Shown: piece by piece, positions 40,160-50,125 of the stretch
Numbering within the stretch: the first letter of the stretch is position 1
Layout of the letters: each line of letters begins with the position of its first letter
Source: an uncultured Verrucomicrobiae bacterium
GTDB taxonomy: Bacteria; Verrucomicrobiota; Verrucomicrobiia; Palsa-1439
DNA length: 64,000 nt
Reading direction: 5' to 3'
Assembly: GCA_963812605.1 (NCBI GenBank)
Contig: CAWEWF010000005.1
Span: 64,001-128,000, forward strand
Notes under the pieces: generated by a model
Database searches by the model: none
Seen by the model: only the letters and a program-made list of their open reading frames with translations
Told to the model about the DNA's origin: nothing
Program-made: the position numbers and the translations under genes

Positions 40160-41663
40160 GTGAACGAACTCATTCTCTTCGAGGACGACGATCTGTTGGT
40201 CGTCAACAAGCCCTCGGGCATCAACACGCACAAGCCCGACCGCTTCGCGCCCGACGGGATCCACGAATGGCTGACCAAACGCGAAGCGCGCTGGCGAAAC
40301 CTTTCGATTCTCCAGCGGCTCGACAAAGACACGTCGGGGGTGATCGTTTTTGGGAAGAGCCAGCGGGCCAACCAATCGTTGACCCAACAATTCGAGAAGC
40401 ACACCGTTGAGAAGACGTATTTACTGCTCAGCGCCGTACGTCCGACGCGCCAGAAATTTTGGGCGAAGTCGCCGAACTGCGTGACGGAATTTGAGTTTGT
40501 CGATTCCAACGGCGATTACTTTCTTACGCAAGCGCGACCGCTCACGGGCAAGACACACCAGATTCGCCGCCACGCCGCGGAAAGCGGGTTCCCGATACTC
40601 GGCGATACACTTTATGAGGGGGAAGCGGCGCCGCGATTGATGCTCCACGCGTACAAGCTCGGCTTCGAACATCCGACGAGGGTGGAGCGCGTGTTGTTCG
40701 AGGCTTCGGTGCCGCGCGCGTTCGATGACGTGGACGCGCTGGTGGCGGCGGTGGAGTTTCGCGAACCTTTGTTCGGTGAGCCGACAAATGCCTTTCGCCT
40801 GGTCAGCGGGGCGGCGGATGATTTCGCGGAGGTGATCGTCGATTCGTATCGCGGGGACATTACTGGTCCAGTGGCAAACGGAGGCGGCGATGGCGCAAGA
40901 GGCGGAGTTGATCGAGCGATTGCAGCGAGAGTGCGAGCCGTCGGCGATCTATGCGCAATTGGTGACGAAGCAGAAGCGAATGGCGCCCCGACTGGTTTGG
41001 GGGAGCGAACTGGGACAGCGAGCATCCATCCGCGAAAACGGCCTGACGTACCTGATTAATTTCGGTGAAGGATTGGCGACCGGCATTTTTCTCGACCAGC
41101 GCGAGAACCGCCGGCGATTGTTGGCGCTGCCGCTCAAGGGAAAAACCGTCCTCAATACCTTTGCTTACACCTGCGCGTTTTCCGTCGCCGCCGCGAAGGC
41201 GGGCGCGGTGACGACGAGCGTGGACCTCTCGAAGAATTATCTGGAGTGGGGGAAGGACAACTTTCGCGCGAACGGTCTTGATCCCGCGACGCACGATTTT
41301 ATTTTCGGGGACGCGTTTGAGTGGCTGAAACGCCTGGCCAAACGCGGGCAACGTTGGGACGTTGTCATTCTCGATCCGCCGACCTTTTCGACAACGAAGA
41401 AAGGACGGGTGTTCCAGGCCGCGCGCGATTATGAGGAACTGGCGGCGCTGGCGATACCACTGGTGGCGCCGGGTGGTTGGCTGCTGTGCTCGACGAATCA
41501 GCGGACGCTGGAAGCCGAGCAATTCGAGAAGAGCATCCAGATCGCCGCGCAGAATTGCGAGCGCATCATGGAGTCGCTGGAGTTTGAGACCCTCCCGTTT
41601 GATTTTCGCGTGGCGCCGAAGGAACGGCCGTACTTGAAGACTTTCTGGGCCAGGCTGGAATAG
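40160..41663 (+). CDS. RluA-type pseudouridine synthase fused to RlmI/RlmK-like SAM methyltransferase (frameshift near 40855)
   Basis: NKPSG, QRLDKDTSG, TGKTHQIR, PILGD; then TGIFLDQR, LNTFAYT, LDPPTF. Confidence 0.8.
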
Positions 41664-43431
41664 CGGATTGTTGGAGTTGCGGCCCGAAGGTGTTTACTGC
41701 CCAGACTGCGCCGCCGATGCCGATAGCCACTGCCAGCGATTTGCCCAATGGCGAAAATGATGTCGAGGTTGTCTGTTGCGGCTCGCTCACAGTCGCGGAG
41801 ACGAGGGGGAAGAGGTGTTTGGCAATGGTCTCGGACTTCGGGAGTTTGCTCGCATCGACGAATTGGTTGCCGCCGGTTCGCGCCAGAGCGTATTTCATCA
41901 GCCCGTACAGGGAAGTGAATAATCCACCGAGATCGGCATACCCGTAAGACGAACCATTGGCCGGCAGCCGGTTCATGGATTGTTGATAGACCGCGCTCGT
42001 CGCGAGCGTCGGCTTCGACTCTTTCGCCTGGATGAGCAACTCGCGCGCATAATCGGGATCGCTGGCGAGGATGAAGAACTTATCGGTCAGCGCGTACGTG
42101 GGCGCGGGAAGTCCCGGGCCGAGGTGGATCGAGCGCAGTTTTTCACCCGCGCCTTCGGTCTCATCCCATGGCAGGTTTTCGTTGGTTCCCCCGCTGCTTT
42201 CCCGGAGCGCTTCCATCGCTGCATCGAGCGCGGGACGAAGTTTGTCCGCGTCGGTGATTTCGCTGACGATGGCAATCCCCGGCAAGCGGGTGCCGGAAGG
42301 CCAGTTGGCAACCACGGCAAATTCCGGGCCCAGTTTTTGCAAAACATCCTCACCCATGCGAATGCCGTTGGTGCGAAGCGCTTCCTGAAACTGTCCAGCC
42401 GCGAGCATCAGGTTGGCGCTGCCTGATTGGGAGAGAGACTGCATCACTTCCTCGTAGGTGGCGGACAGATCGGCGGAGCCGACGAGATAGACGAGCGTGT
42501 CGGGCGTGGTGAGCGCGAGCGTTTTGCGTTGCGTGGGCGGCGTGGGCTTCGGCACGTTGCTGGAATAGGCGACAAAACCAACGTCCTTGATGCCGCGATC
42601 GAGGAAAGTCAGGCTGTAAGCCGCGGCCTGGGTGCGCGAGAACTTCTGGTACAGGCCGGCGGTTTGCGGCGAAAATGCCAGAAGCGGTCCGACGAGATTG
42701 AGCACCTCTTCGACATTGAAGTACGCCAGGAATTCGTGGTTCACCGAGGCATGCTGTTCGATGTTCTTGAACTTGTCGCTGTTGGCAAGGCGCTTGAAGT
42801 CGCGCGGAACCTGACCGGTCCAAGCGGCGATCAGATCGCGCATCGCGTCTTCACCGAAAGTGAAAACCACCAGCGAATTGAAAAACGCATGGCAGACTGG
42901 AAGAGCCGGCTCCGTTTCCCAAAGGACGTATTTCACGCCGAGATATTCCTTGTTCCGAAACGTCCCGCGCGGATACGACTGCTTGAGTTGGCCTTCGAGT
43001 TTGTACAGGCCCGCGATCGCTTCGACACGTTTGGCGCGGACATCCGCGCCAAAGACCAGGCCCGGATTGAATTCCGGAAAGAGCGTCACATGCGTGACTG
43101 CGAGAAATACTTCTCCTTGCACCGCGTCAAAAACCATACCGCCAATGGTATCGGCGTCCTTGGGGGCGCCCACACTCGCGGACATGTCACGCAAGGCGGC
43201 CAGCGGCTGCGCCAGAAATGCTTGCACCTCCGGTTCGTGCCAGAGCGCGTAGAATTCTGTCTTGGTAAATTCAGCGCGCGATTTTGACAGGTCGGGGATG
43301 TCAAGAAAGGCGAGGGTCGACTCGGGAGGCAGGTCGGCAGCGCGAGGCGCAGGCTTGTTGAGGACGAAATACACGAGCGCCGCGGCGATAACGGCGGTCA
43401 GCAGAAGTAGAACAGCGATAGCCTTTTTCAT
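41566..43431 (-). CDS. Membrane-anchored exported protein (DUF3352-like)
   Basis: Start MKKAIAVLLLL with signal anchor; ~620 aa; the 1026-aa ORF extension is antisense of the next gene. Confidence 0.65.
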   Translation of the reverse strand: MKKAIAVLLLLTAVIAAALVYFVLNKPAPRAADLPPESTLAFLDIPDLSKSRAEFTKTEFYALWHEPEVQAFLAQPLAALRDMSASVGAPKDADTIGGMVFDAVQGEVFLAVTHVTLFPEFNPGLVFGADVRAKRVEAIAGLYKLEGQLKQSYPRGTFRNKEYLGVKYVLWETEPALPVCHAFFNSLVVFTFGEDAMRDLIAAWTGQVPRDFKRLANSDKFKNIEQHASVNHEFLAYFNVEEVLNLVGPLLAFSPQTAGLYQKFSRTQAAAYSLTFLDRGIKDVGFVAYSSNVPKPTPPTQRKTLALTTPDTLVYLVGSADLSATYEEVMQSLSQSGSANLMLAAGQFQEALRTNGIRMGEDVLQKLGPEFAVVANWPSGTRLPGIAIVSEITDADKLRPALDAAMEALRESSGGTNENLPWDETEGAGEKLRSIHLGPGLPAPTYALTDKFFILASDPDYARELLIQAKESKPTLATSAVYQQSMNRLPANGSSYGYADLGGLFTSLYGLMKYALARTGGNQFVDASKLPKSETIAKHLFPLVSATVSEPQQTTSTSFSPLGKSLAVAIGIGGAVWAVNTFGPQLQQSAIPAWPRKSSSTAVPSAPRENQTGGSQTPATP

Positions 43432-43587
43432 CGTAAACGTGCCGCTTTGGAACAGACGCAGCTTGGGCGGGGATGCTAGTCCGTTCGCAAAGACAGCGTC
43501 AAGGAAATAGGCTGGCAGTGACCAGAATCGGCGTGCTAAACTGCCCGGGCTATCATCGGGACGACGGGATTGCAAGGCGTGCTGGTT

Positions 43588-44607
43588 ATGAACCATGAGA
43601 AGAGTCGATTGCGCGGGGTGAGTGCAGCGTGCCTGTCCATTTCCCTGGCGGCGATGAGCGCGTCGCGTGTGGACGCGGTGATCTTCCAGTCCACTGGCGA
43701 CACGAATTACAATACGATGGCCCCCTCGGGCGCGCTCGCCAACAGCGGCTGGCAATACGAAGGCTCCTGGGGCAATTATCTCGGCACGCCCATCGCCCCG
43801 CAGTTTTTTATCGTGGCAAATCACGTCGGCGGCACGACCAATGACGTCTTCCTGTTCAACGGGCTTTCCTATCATCCCGTCGCCGCCTTCAAGACTTTCG
43901 ACAGCGATCTCACCATCTGGCAGGTGCAGGAGACATTTCCAAGTTACGCACAGCTCTATTCCTCGTCGGATGAGACCAACAAACATCTGGTCGTCTTTGG
44001 CCGCGGCACGCAGCGCGGCTCGCCCGTTGTCGTGGACGGCCAAACAAACGGTTGGTTCTGGGGAGCACCCGACGGTGTCCAGCGCTGGGGCGAAAGCGAT
44101 GTGTCGTCCGTGACCAATCTCGGTGCCGGCGTCGGCGACATGCTGCGGATGGTATTCGATGGCAAGGGCGGATCGAATGAGTGTCACCTCTCCGACGGCG
44201 ACTCCAGTGGCGGCGTGTTCATTCAGCAAGATGGCGTTTGGAAACTCGCGGGGATCAACCACGGGGTTGATGGCGAGTTCAGCAACGCGGTCGATGGCGC
44301 GGTCTTCACCGCGGCACTTACGGACCTTCGTGGATTGTTTCAACAGGCTGGGCCTGCGGACTGGGTCTTTATCGATGACGCCGAACCCGTCCCCAGCGCT
44401 TTCTACAGCACCCGCATTTCGGCGAATCTTGACTGGATTTATAGCGTGATCGATTTCGATTCGAACCGCGTCGATCTCGTCCAACAAACCACGAATGCGG
44501 TTGCCGCCGCATCGCTTAACATCACCACCAACGCGTCCATCGCCGCGGTGGATCCTAATGCCGCAACCTTCCGGACACGTCGCATTCCCTTCTTGAACGC
44601 CCGTTAA
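43588..44607 (+). CDS. Secreted trypsin-like serine protease
   Basis: Signal peptide; VANH (His), SDL (Asp), GDSSGG (Ser) triad motifs. Confidence 0.78.
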   Translation: MNHEKSRLRGVSAACLSISLAAMSASRVDAVIFQSTGDTNYNTMAPSGALANSGWQYEGSWGNYLGTPIAPQFFIVANHVGGTTNDVFLFNGLSYHPVAAFKTFDSDLTIWQVQETFPSYAQLYSSSDETNKHLVVFGRGTQRGSPVVVDGQTNGWFWGAPDGVQRWGESDVSSVTNLGAGVGDMLRMVFDGKGGSNECHLSDGDSSGGVFIQQDGVWKLAGINHGVDGEFSNAVDGAVFTAALTDLRGLFQQAGPADWVFIDDAEPVPSAFYSTRISANLDWIYSVIDFDSNRVDLVQQTTNAVAAASLNITTNASIAAVDPNAATFRTRRIPFLNAR

Positions 44608-44798
44608 GCCGACTCTTCTTTCAGATTGACCGCGCCCGCGACACATTTAGAAAACAGTCGCCATCGGTCAAACACTTAGGCAGGGTAAGGATATCTCCCA
44701 GAAAAAACTCAGCATTCTGCCGATTGTTATAAAGGCCGAATAAGTTCAGTCTGGTGGTGGGTTAGAACAGAAAAGTAAGCAAGGGGAACAGGGTGCTT

Positions 44799-45500
44799 AT
44801 GAAGAGTGGATTGAAGAATTTTGTCGTGTCCTTGGCGATCATAGGAGCTGCCTTGGACGCCCACGCAGCGGTCGGGGCCAGCTTGTCGATTTCTGACGGA
44901 GTGGATCCGGTAATCACTATTTTCGACAACGGCGCGGGAGACCTGAATCCTGCGATCGGTGAATTGACCATGAGTACGAATGTAGGGGTGTGGAGCGTGA
45001 GTGTGTCCTCCGGCCTCACCAAACCCGCGCTGGGTAGCTCAACCAATCCCGTAATGGATCTTGTCGTTCAGGCCAGTTCGACCGGGGCCGGTAGCCTGAC
45101 CTACAGCTTTTCCGACCTTGGCTTTGGTCCCGCGCCCGGGACCTTGAATGCTGCGGTAAGTGGTCAGGTCATTTCCGGCGCGCCAACAACGGTGGGCTAC
45201 AGCGTTTATGGCGACACCAACAATGTCGAGGGAGCGTTGACGACTTTATTGGCAACGACCGGAACGACCTCACTGCCGGTTGCAACCAGTAGCTCCGGTC
45301 CGCTCGCTCTGGCTTCTCCATTTTCCTTGTCGCAGGTAGTTAAGCTCACCGCTTCTGGCGCCTCGGCTGTCAGCGTTGATGCCAGCTTGAATGTCACTCC
45401 CATCCCGGAGCCGAGCACTGCCGCGCTCACGTTTCTGGCCCTGGCATTTCTTGCCGTGGGTTTTGCGCACCGTCGACGCTCGGTGCACTACGTCAGGTAG
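44799..45500 (+). CDS. PEP-CTERM sorted surface protein
   Basis: Signal peptide AHA; IPEPST + TM helix + RRR tail. Confidence 0.9.
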   Translation: MKSGLKNFVVSLAIIGAALDAHAAVGASLSISDGVDPVITIFDNGAGDLNPAIGELTMSTNVGVWSVSVSSGLTKPALGSSTNPVMDLVVQASSTGAGSLTYSFSDLGFGPAPGTLNAAVSGQVISGAPTTVGYSVYGDTNNVEGALTTLLATTGTTSLPVATSSSGPLALASPFSLSQVVKLTASGASAVSVDASLNVTPIPEPSTAALTFLALAFLAVGFAHRRRSVHYVR

Positions 45501-45530
45501 CGGATCGGAAGTCCCACAAATCCGCCCCGC

Positions 45531-45558
45531 TTGACACGGGACGGTGATGTTCTATACT
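45531..45558 (+). promoter_or_regulatory. sigma70 promoter upstream of kamA-like gene
   Basis: TTGACA-N16-TATACT. Confidence 0.7.
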
Positions 45559-45667
45559 TCCCACTGCAATGCAGACCGACGAGCCTGGAGGAGCGTGGGG
45601 CATTCCAAGCGATGAGGCGTTACCGCTTGGGGTGAATCTTCCGCCTCCACCCCGGCATCCCAACCGT

Positions 45668-46954
45668 GTGAATTTGGAATCATCTCCCTTGAAATCTTCT
45701 TCTATTGACGAACAATTCCCGTCGGCGGGGCGGGGCATCTGGGCGCGCGTGCCGGATGCGGACTGGAATGACTGGCGGTGGCAGCTTCGCAACCGTATTA
45801 CCTCGCTGGAAGCGCTGGAGGCGTTGATGCCGCTGACGCCCACGGAACGCGCGGGAGTTTCCCAAGCGGGCCACCATCTGGCGATGGCGATCACGCCGTA
45901 CTTTTTCAATCTTATCAACGTCAGCGATCCGAACTGTCCGATTCGCGTCCAGGTCATCCCGCGAGCCGAGGAAATGGTCGCCGCGCCGTGGGAGATGGCG
46001 GATCCGTGCGGCGAGGACGAGCACATGCCGGTGCCGGGTCTCGTGCATCGCTATCCCGATCGCGTGCTGTTTCTGGTGACGGACCGTTGCGCGGCGTACT
46101 GCCGTTATTGCACGCGCAGCCGCGTGGTCAGCGGCGCGGGCGAGCAACATCTGCACACGGAATTTGACGCGGCGATCAATTACATCCGCGAGCACACGGA
46201 AGTGCGCGACGTGTTGTTGAGCGGTGGCGATCCGCTGTTGTTCAGCGACGAGCGGCTCGAGCATGTGCTCAGCCAGTTGCGCGCCATCAAGCATGTCGAA
46301 TTTCTGCGCATCGGGACGCGGATCCCGATTTTCCTGCCGCAACGCATCACGCCCGAGTTGTGTGCGATGTTGCGAAAGTATCATCCGCTATGGATGAGCA
46401 TTCATACCAATCACCCGAAGGAAGCGACGCACGAAGTCAGGGAGGCGTGCGGTCGGCTTGCTGATGCGGGGATTCCGTTGGGAAACCAAAGCGTGTTGTT
46501 GCGTGGGGTCAACGACGACGCGGCGGTGATGAAAAAGCTCGTGCATAAACTGCTGATGATGCGGGTGCGGCCGTATTACATCTACCAATGCGATCCGGTC
46601 AAGGGGACGCACCACCTGCGTACCACTGTGGGCAAAGGCATTGAGATCATCGAGGCGCTGCGCGGCCATACAACCGGTTATGCGGTTCCGCAGTATGTTA
46701 TCGACGCGCCGGGTGGCGGTGGCAAGGTGCCTATCGGGCCCGAATACGTGCTGGCGCATGACAAACAGCGCGTCATCATCCGCAATTACGAAGGCAAGGT
46801 CTTCGAGTACCCCGAGTTGAACGACTCACCGGCCCCTGCAAAATCAGGGTCCGGCGCTCCTCCCTTGACGCGCCCGCTGGGTGCGGAAGCTGCTCTAAAG
46901 GGCTGCCGCACAACGCATGAGGGAAATGGACACGACTGCCCGACGCTCGACTGA
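45668..46954 (+). CDS. KamA family radical SAM amino acid 2,3-aminomutase
   Basis: WNDWRWQ, HRYPDR, CAAYCRYC, LSGGDP, NQSVLLRGVND, DAPGGGGK (PLP lysine); start uncertain (45569-45689). Confidence 0.9.
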   Translation: MNLESSPLKSSSIDEQFPSAGRGIWARVPDADWNDWRWQLRNRITSLEALEALMPLTPTERAGVSQAGHHLAMAITPYFFNLINVSDPNCPIRVQVIPRAEEMVAAPWEMADPCGEDEHMPVPGLVHRYPDRVLFLVTDRCAAYCRYCTRSRVVSGAGEQHLHTEFDAAINYIREHTEVRDVLLSGGDPLLFSDERLEHVLSQLRAIKHVEFLRIGTRIPIFLPQRITPELCAMLRKYHPLWMSIHTNHPKEATHEVREACGRLADAGIPLGNQSVLLRGVNDDAAVMKKLVHKLLMMRVRPYYIYQCDPVKGTHHLRTTVGKGIEIIEALRGHTTGYAVPQYVIDAPGGGGKVPIGPEYVLAHDKQRVIIRNYEGKVFEYPELNDSPAPAKSGSGAPPLTRPLGAEAALKGCRTTHEGNGHDCPTLD

Positions 46955-47885
46955 AATACATTTCGGATTGGCCTGGAACTGGCAGTTTGACCAGGATTTT
47001 GTCAGCCAGCTTGACCGCTCCTGTCTTCACGCCGGCTTGAGTTGCTATCTCGTCGGCGTTCACAACCTCCAGCAAACTTTTCTCGAAGTCCAAAACGGTG
47101 AACGCAATTTCACTTACTTCCTCGACCGCGCCAGCGACGAGGACGAGCGTTTCCTGAAGTTCAACCAACTGCTCCAGTCAAAGGGCGCCAAGTTCCTCAA
47201 TTCGCATCACAACTACCGTCGTTCCATCGACAAGGCGAACATCCACGGCGAACTGCTCGCCCGCGGATTGCAGTTGCCATTAACAATCATTTTGCCGCCC
47301 TACGAGAACGAGCCGAATTTTGACGCGCGCCTGATCGAACCGCTGGCGTCGCCGTTTGTCGTGAAACCGGCGAAGGGCAGTGGTGGTTTCGGTGTCATGA
47401 TCGGCGCTACGCGGCCCGACGACATCATGCAAACCCGCGCCAAGTTCCGCAACCAGCGGTTCCTCATCCAGCAGCGCATCGTCCCGCAAATTCTGAATGG
47501 TCGCCGCGCCTGGTTTCGCGTGTACCATGTCTGCGGCACCATTATCCCGTGCTGGTGGGATGACACCACGCACCGCTATGCCGTCGTCACCCCCTCGGAC
47601 CGCGCGCACGTGAATGTGGATGAACTCGGCCGCATCGTGCGCATCATCGCCGAGGTTTCCCAACTCGATTTCTTCAGCACCGAGATCGCCCTGGAAGCCG
47701 ATGGCCGCTATTTCGTCGTCGATTACGTCAACGACCCCTGCGACATGCGCCCGCAAAGCAAGTATTTCGACGGTGTGCCCGACACCATCATCGGTCTGAT
47801 CGTCTCCTGCATCACCGGCCACATCAAAAAGCAGTTCGCCCCCACCACCCAGCCCACCGACGAAGACGCCCACTGGTGGCCGTGA
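46917..47885 (+). CDS. ATP-grasp fold protein (RimK-like)
   Basis: DK, PFVVKPAKGSGGFGV, LIQQRI, DFFSTE, VVDYVND. Confidence 0.8.
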   Translation: MREMDTTARRSTEIHFGLAWNWQFDQDFVSQLDRSCLHAGLSCYLVGVHNLQQTFLEVQNGERNFTYFLDRASDEDERFLKFNQLLQSKGAKFLNSHHNYRRSIDKANIHGELLARGLQLPLTIILPPYENEPNFDARLIEPLASPFVVKPAKGSGGFGVMIGATRPDDIMQTRAKFRNQRFLIQQRIVPQILNGRRAWFRVYHVCGTIIPCWWDDTTHRYAVVTPSDRAHVNVDELGRIVRIIAEVSQLDFFSTEIALEADGRYFVVDYVNDPCDMRPQSKYFDGVPDTIIGLIVSCITGHIKKQFAPTTQPTDEDAHWWP

Positions 47886-47934
47886 CAATCAACTTGTCAC
47901 TAGTGGCACGACACGCTTCATTTGCAGGGTCGTT

Positions 47935-48004
47935 GGTAGGGACGGCTCGCCGAGCCGTCCACGATTCCACACTGGCGCGGCCCGGTGGGCCACCGCGCCC
48001 TACC
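47935..48004. repeat. GGTAGG-type REP pair in inverted orientation
   Basis: ggtagggacggctcgccgagccgtcc ... ggcgcggcccggtgggccaccgcgccctacc. Confidence 0.7.
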
Positions 48005-48308
48005 CATCGAATGAACTGTGTCGCAGCACTAGGATAAGCAGCGCAATGAGACTAAGAGCCAAGAGAGCATAGCCGCAGCGACGAAACCCGACAGAACCAG
48101 TCATTGACTGTCTTGCCCAAAATAGAATCCCTGCACCGGTTACGGCAAATGCTACTGCGGTGAAATAGAGAGTGACCCAAGCGCGATTCTGAAAATCCTG
48201 TTTCAAAGCGCCAATGACGGCGACAATGCCAACTGGGAATATATGCACCCCGAGGCGTCTCCAACCGCTGCCGAGGTTAGTTGAAGGCAAGTGTGTCTTG
48301 GTTCTCAT
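48000..48308 (-). CDS. Small 3-TM hypothetical protein
   Basis: Hydrophobic segments from MRTKTH; AT-richer than flanks. Confidence 0.5.
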   Translation of the reverse strand: MRTKTHLPSTNLGSGWRRLGVHIFPVGIVAVIGALKQDFQNRAWVTLYFTAVAFAVTGAGILFWARQSMTGSVGFRRCGYALLALSLIALLILVLRHSSFDG

Positions 48309-48462
48309 CGCGGCAGCCCAATTGAATGGATAGTATGGCTCTTCACTTAAATGTATGAAATCCAGTACCGAGCGAGCAAGCCGAACCGCGGTCAGGGGTG
48401 ACAAATAGCTGATTTGTCCACCATCAAATGCACGATCACGCCGAATGCTTGCCGAAACTGCG

Positions 48463-48711
48463 CTAAGCGAAACTGAGCACGCCCACCGGGCGCTCGACGG
48501 CGAGAGCGCGACGCTCGCGCTTGAGGCGCTCAAGTTCGTGCATGGTCTGCGCGGTGAGATAGCTTTCGCCGCAACGTGGGCAGGTCACGACGGGCACGTT
48601 CTCGATAATGAGCAAGGTTTTTCCCTTGCCGTACGTGCGGGTCACGCGGCAGACTTTGGCGCCCGGTTTGCCGCAATTGTCACAACGGACGAGGTCGAGA
48701 TGGTTCTTCAT
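48463..48711 (-). CDS. YgiT/MqsA-type zinc-finger putative antitoxin
   Basis: CDNC...IIENVP...CPRCGESY. Confidence 0.85.
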   Translation of the reverse strand: MKNHLDLVRCDNCGKPGAKVCRVTRTYGKGKTLLIIENVPVVTCPRCGESYLTAQTMHELERLKRERRALAVERPVGVLSFA

Positions 48712-48989
48712 AGGCGATAGACCGTCACGATCAATAGCTTACCACGCGGGCTGATCTTTGCAATCACTTCGACAGGCGATCCATTGGCCGACGCGCCTTG
48801 GAGACGATATTTCCATTCCTTCGTCTGGCGATCCCTCTGGCGCTCTCGTATTTCACCGGAGAGGATGGCGCATTCGACGTCATAGATTGCGAGGTCGTCG
48901 TCATCCATCCTCTCGTCGGCGTGTGCGGACACGATGTATTGGCTCGCGCGAACTTTCTCCCGCATCTGCTTCAAGAGGCGTTGGAACAC
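48708..48989 (-). CDS. DUF4258 family putative toxin
   Basis: SAHADERM, DV..AILSG, LLIVTVY; overlaps the YgiT-type gene. Confidence 0.82.
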   Translation of the reverse strand: MFQRLLKQMREKVRASQYIVSAHADERMDDDDLAIYDVECAILSGEIRERQRDRQTKEWKYRLQGASANGSPVEVIAKISPRGKLLIVTVYRL

Positions 48990-49071
48990 AGGCTATTGTT
49001 TACACTTCCAGCACGAGATTGCCAAAACCTTTATGGCAGCGAAGCCTGCAGGGGGTCGCGACGCAACCCAC

Positions 49072-49145
49072 GGCGGTGTGGGACACACCGCCCTACCAAC
49101 GACATCTGCGTTCGGCCGGTAGGGCGCGCTCTCCGAGCACGGCGC
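49072..49145. repeat. GGTAGG-type REP elements
   Basis: ggcggtgtgggacacaccgccctacc and ggtagggcgcgctctccgagcacggcgc. Confidence 0.65.
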
Positions 49146-49150
49146 AACGA

Positions 49151-49903
49151 TCATTTTCTTATCATCAAATGGACCGCCACGATCACGCCGAAGATGACGA
49201 CTGCGCCGCGCAGGAGGCGGGGTGACATTCGTTGCGCGCATTTCGCGCCGACGAATCCGCCGGCGATGGCCGCGACGGCCATCATCAGGGCGATCTTCAA
49301 GACCGCCGCGCCGACCGCGATAAAATAGACAATCGCGATGCCGTTGATGAGCACCGCGAGGAAGTTCTTCATGCCGTTCGCCGCCTGCAAATCTTCCGGC
49401 AGAAAAATCGCCATCGCCGCCAGCATCAGGATTCCCATGCCTGCGCCGAAGTAGCCTCCATAAACCGCGATGGCAAACTGCGACAGCCAGATCGCCGCCG
49501 CGTGCTTCTTTGGGTTCGCCGCCGCCCGCTGGGAAATCCAGCGGCCAATTGGCTCGTTGAGTTGGAGCAACGCACACGCAAGGAGGATCAAGAAGGGGAC
49601 GATGAGGCGAAAGAAGCTCTCGGGCGTTTTCAGCAGCAGGATCGCGCCCAAGAGTCCGCCGATCAGCGACGGCAACGCAAGTGTCCAGACCCGCGCACGA
49701 TTTTCCGAGAGCTGGCGTCGATACGCCCAGGAACTCGTCACCGAGCCGGGCCAGACCGCCACCGTGCTCGTGGCATTGGCCGTGATCGAAGGCATGCCGC
49801 AATAGAGCAGGGCGGGGAATGTCAGCAAGGTGCCCCCGCCGGCGATCGCGTTGACGAAGCCCGCGCCGAACGCCGCGAGCGAACTGAGCCCGTAAATCTG
49901 CAT
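49151..49903 (-). CDS. TauE/SafE (TSUP) family transporter
   Basis: NAIAGGGTLLTFPAL, ANATS, YGGYFGAGMG. Confidence 0.9.
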   Translation of the reverse strand: MQIYGLSSLAAFGAGFVNAIAGGGTLLTFPALLYCGMPSITANATSTVAVWPGSVTSSWAYRRQLSENRARVWTLALPSLIGGLLGAILLLKTPESFFRLIVPFLILLACALLQLNEPIGRWISQRAAANPKKHAAAIWLSQFAIAVYGGYFGAGMGILMLAAMAIFLPEDLQAANGMKNFLAVLINGIAIVYFIAVGAAVLKIALMMAVAAIAGGFVGAKCAQRMSPRLLRGAVVIFGVIVAVHLMIRK

Positions 49904-49959
49904 GATATGCGGGGCACTATACCAGAGGCGATGGGCCGATTGTAAGGCAGCGTTCATGT

Positions 49960-50034
49960 TGGTGGCACAGGCGTCCCTGCCTGTGGAGCTGGTTATGCGG
50001 TGCTTGCGACAGGCAGGGACGCCTGTCGCCACCA
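49960..50034. repeat. REPIN-like inverted repeat pair
   Basis: tggtggcacaggcgtccctgcctgt / acaggcagggacgcctgtcgccacca. Confidence 0.8.
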
Positions 50035-50125
50035 GTCCGTTTTGCGCCTGCCCAACATTTTCAATCATGCCCCTGGCAAGGGGTGCGCTTGCCCTGCAAC
50101 TTGGGGTCTGTTACGGTCGCTCGAT

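Noticed and set aside
41566-44646. 1026-aa minus-strand ORF
   Set aside because: The first ~400 aa are antisense to the serine protease gene; the real start is MKKAIAV at 43431
45588-45665. Canonical c-di-AMP (ydaO) riboswitch
   Set aside because: Only a partial 5' resemblance; the 3' conserved block is missing, so it is kept only as an unknown leader
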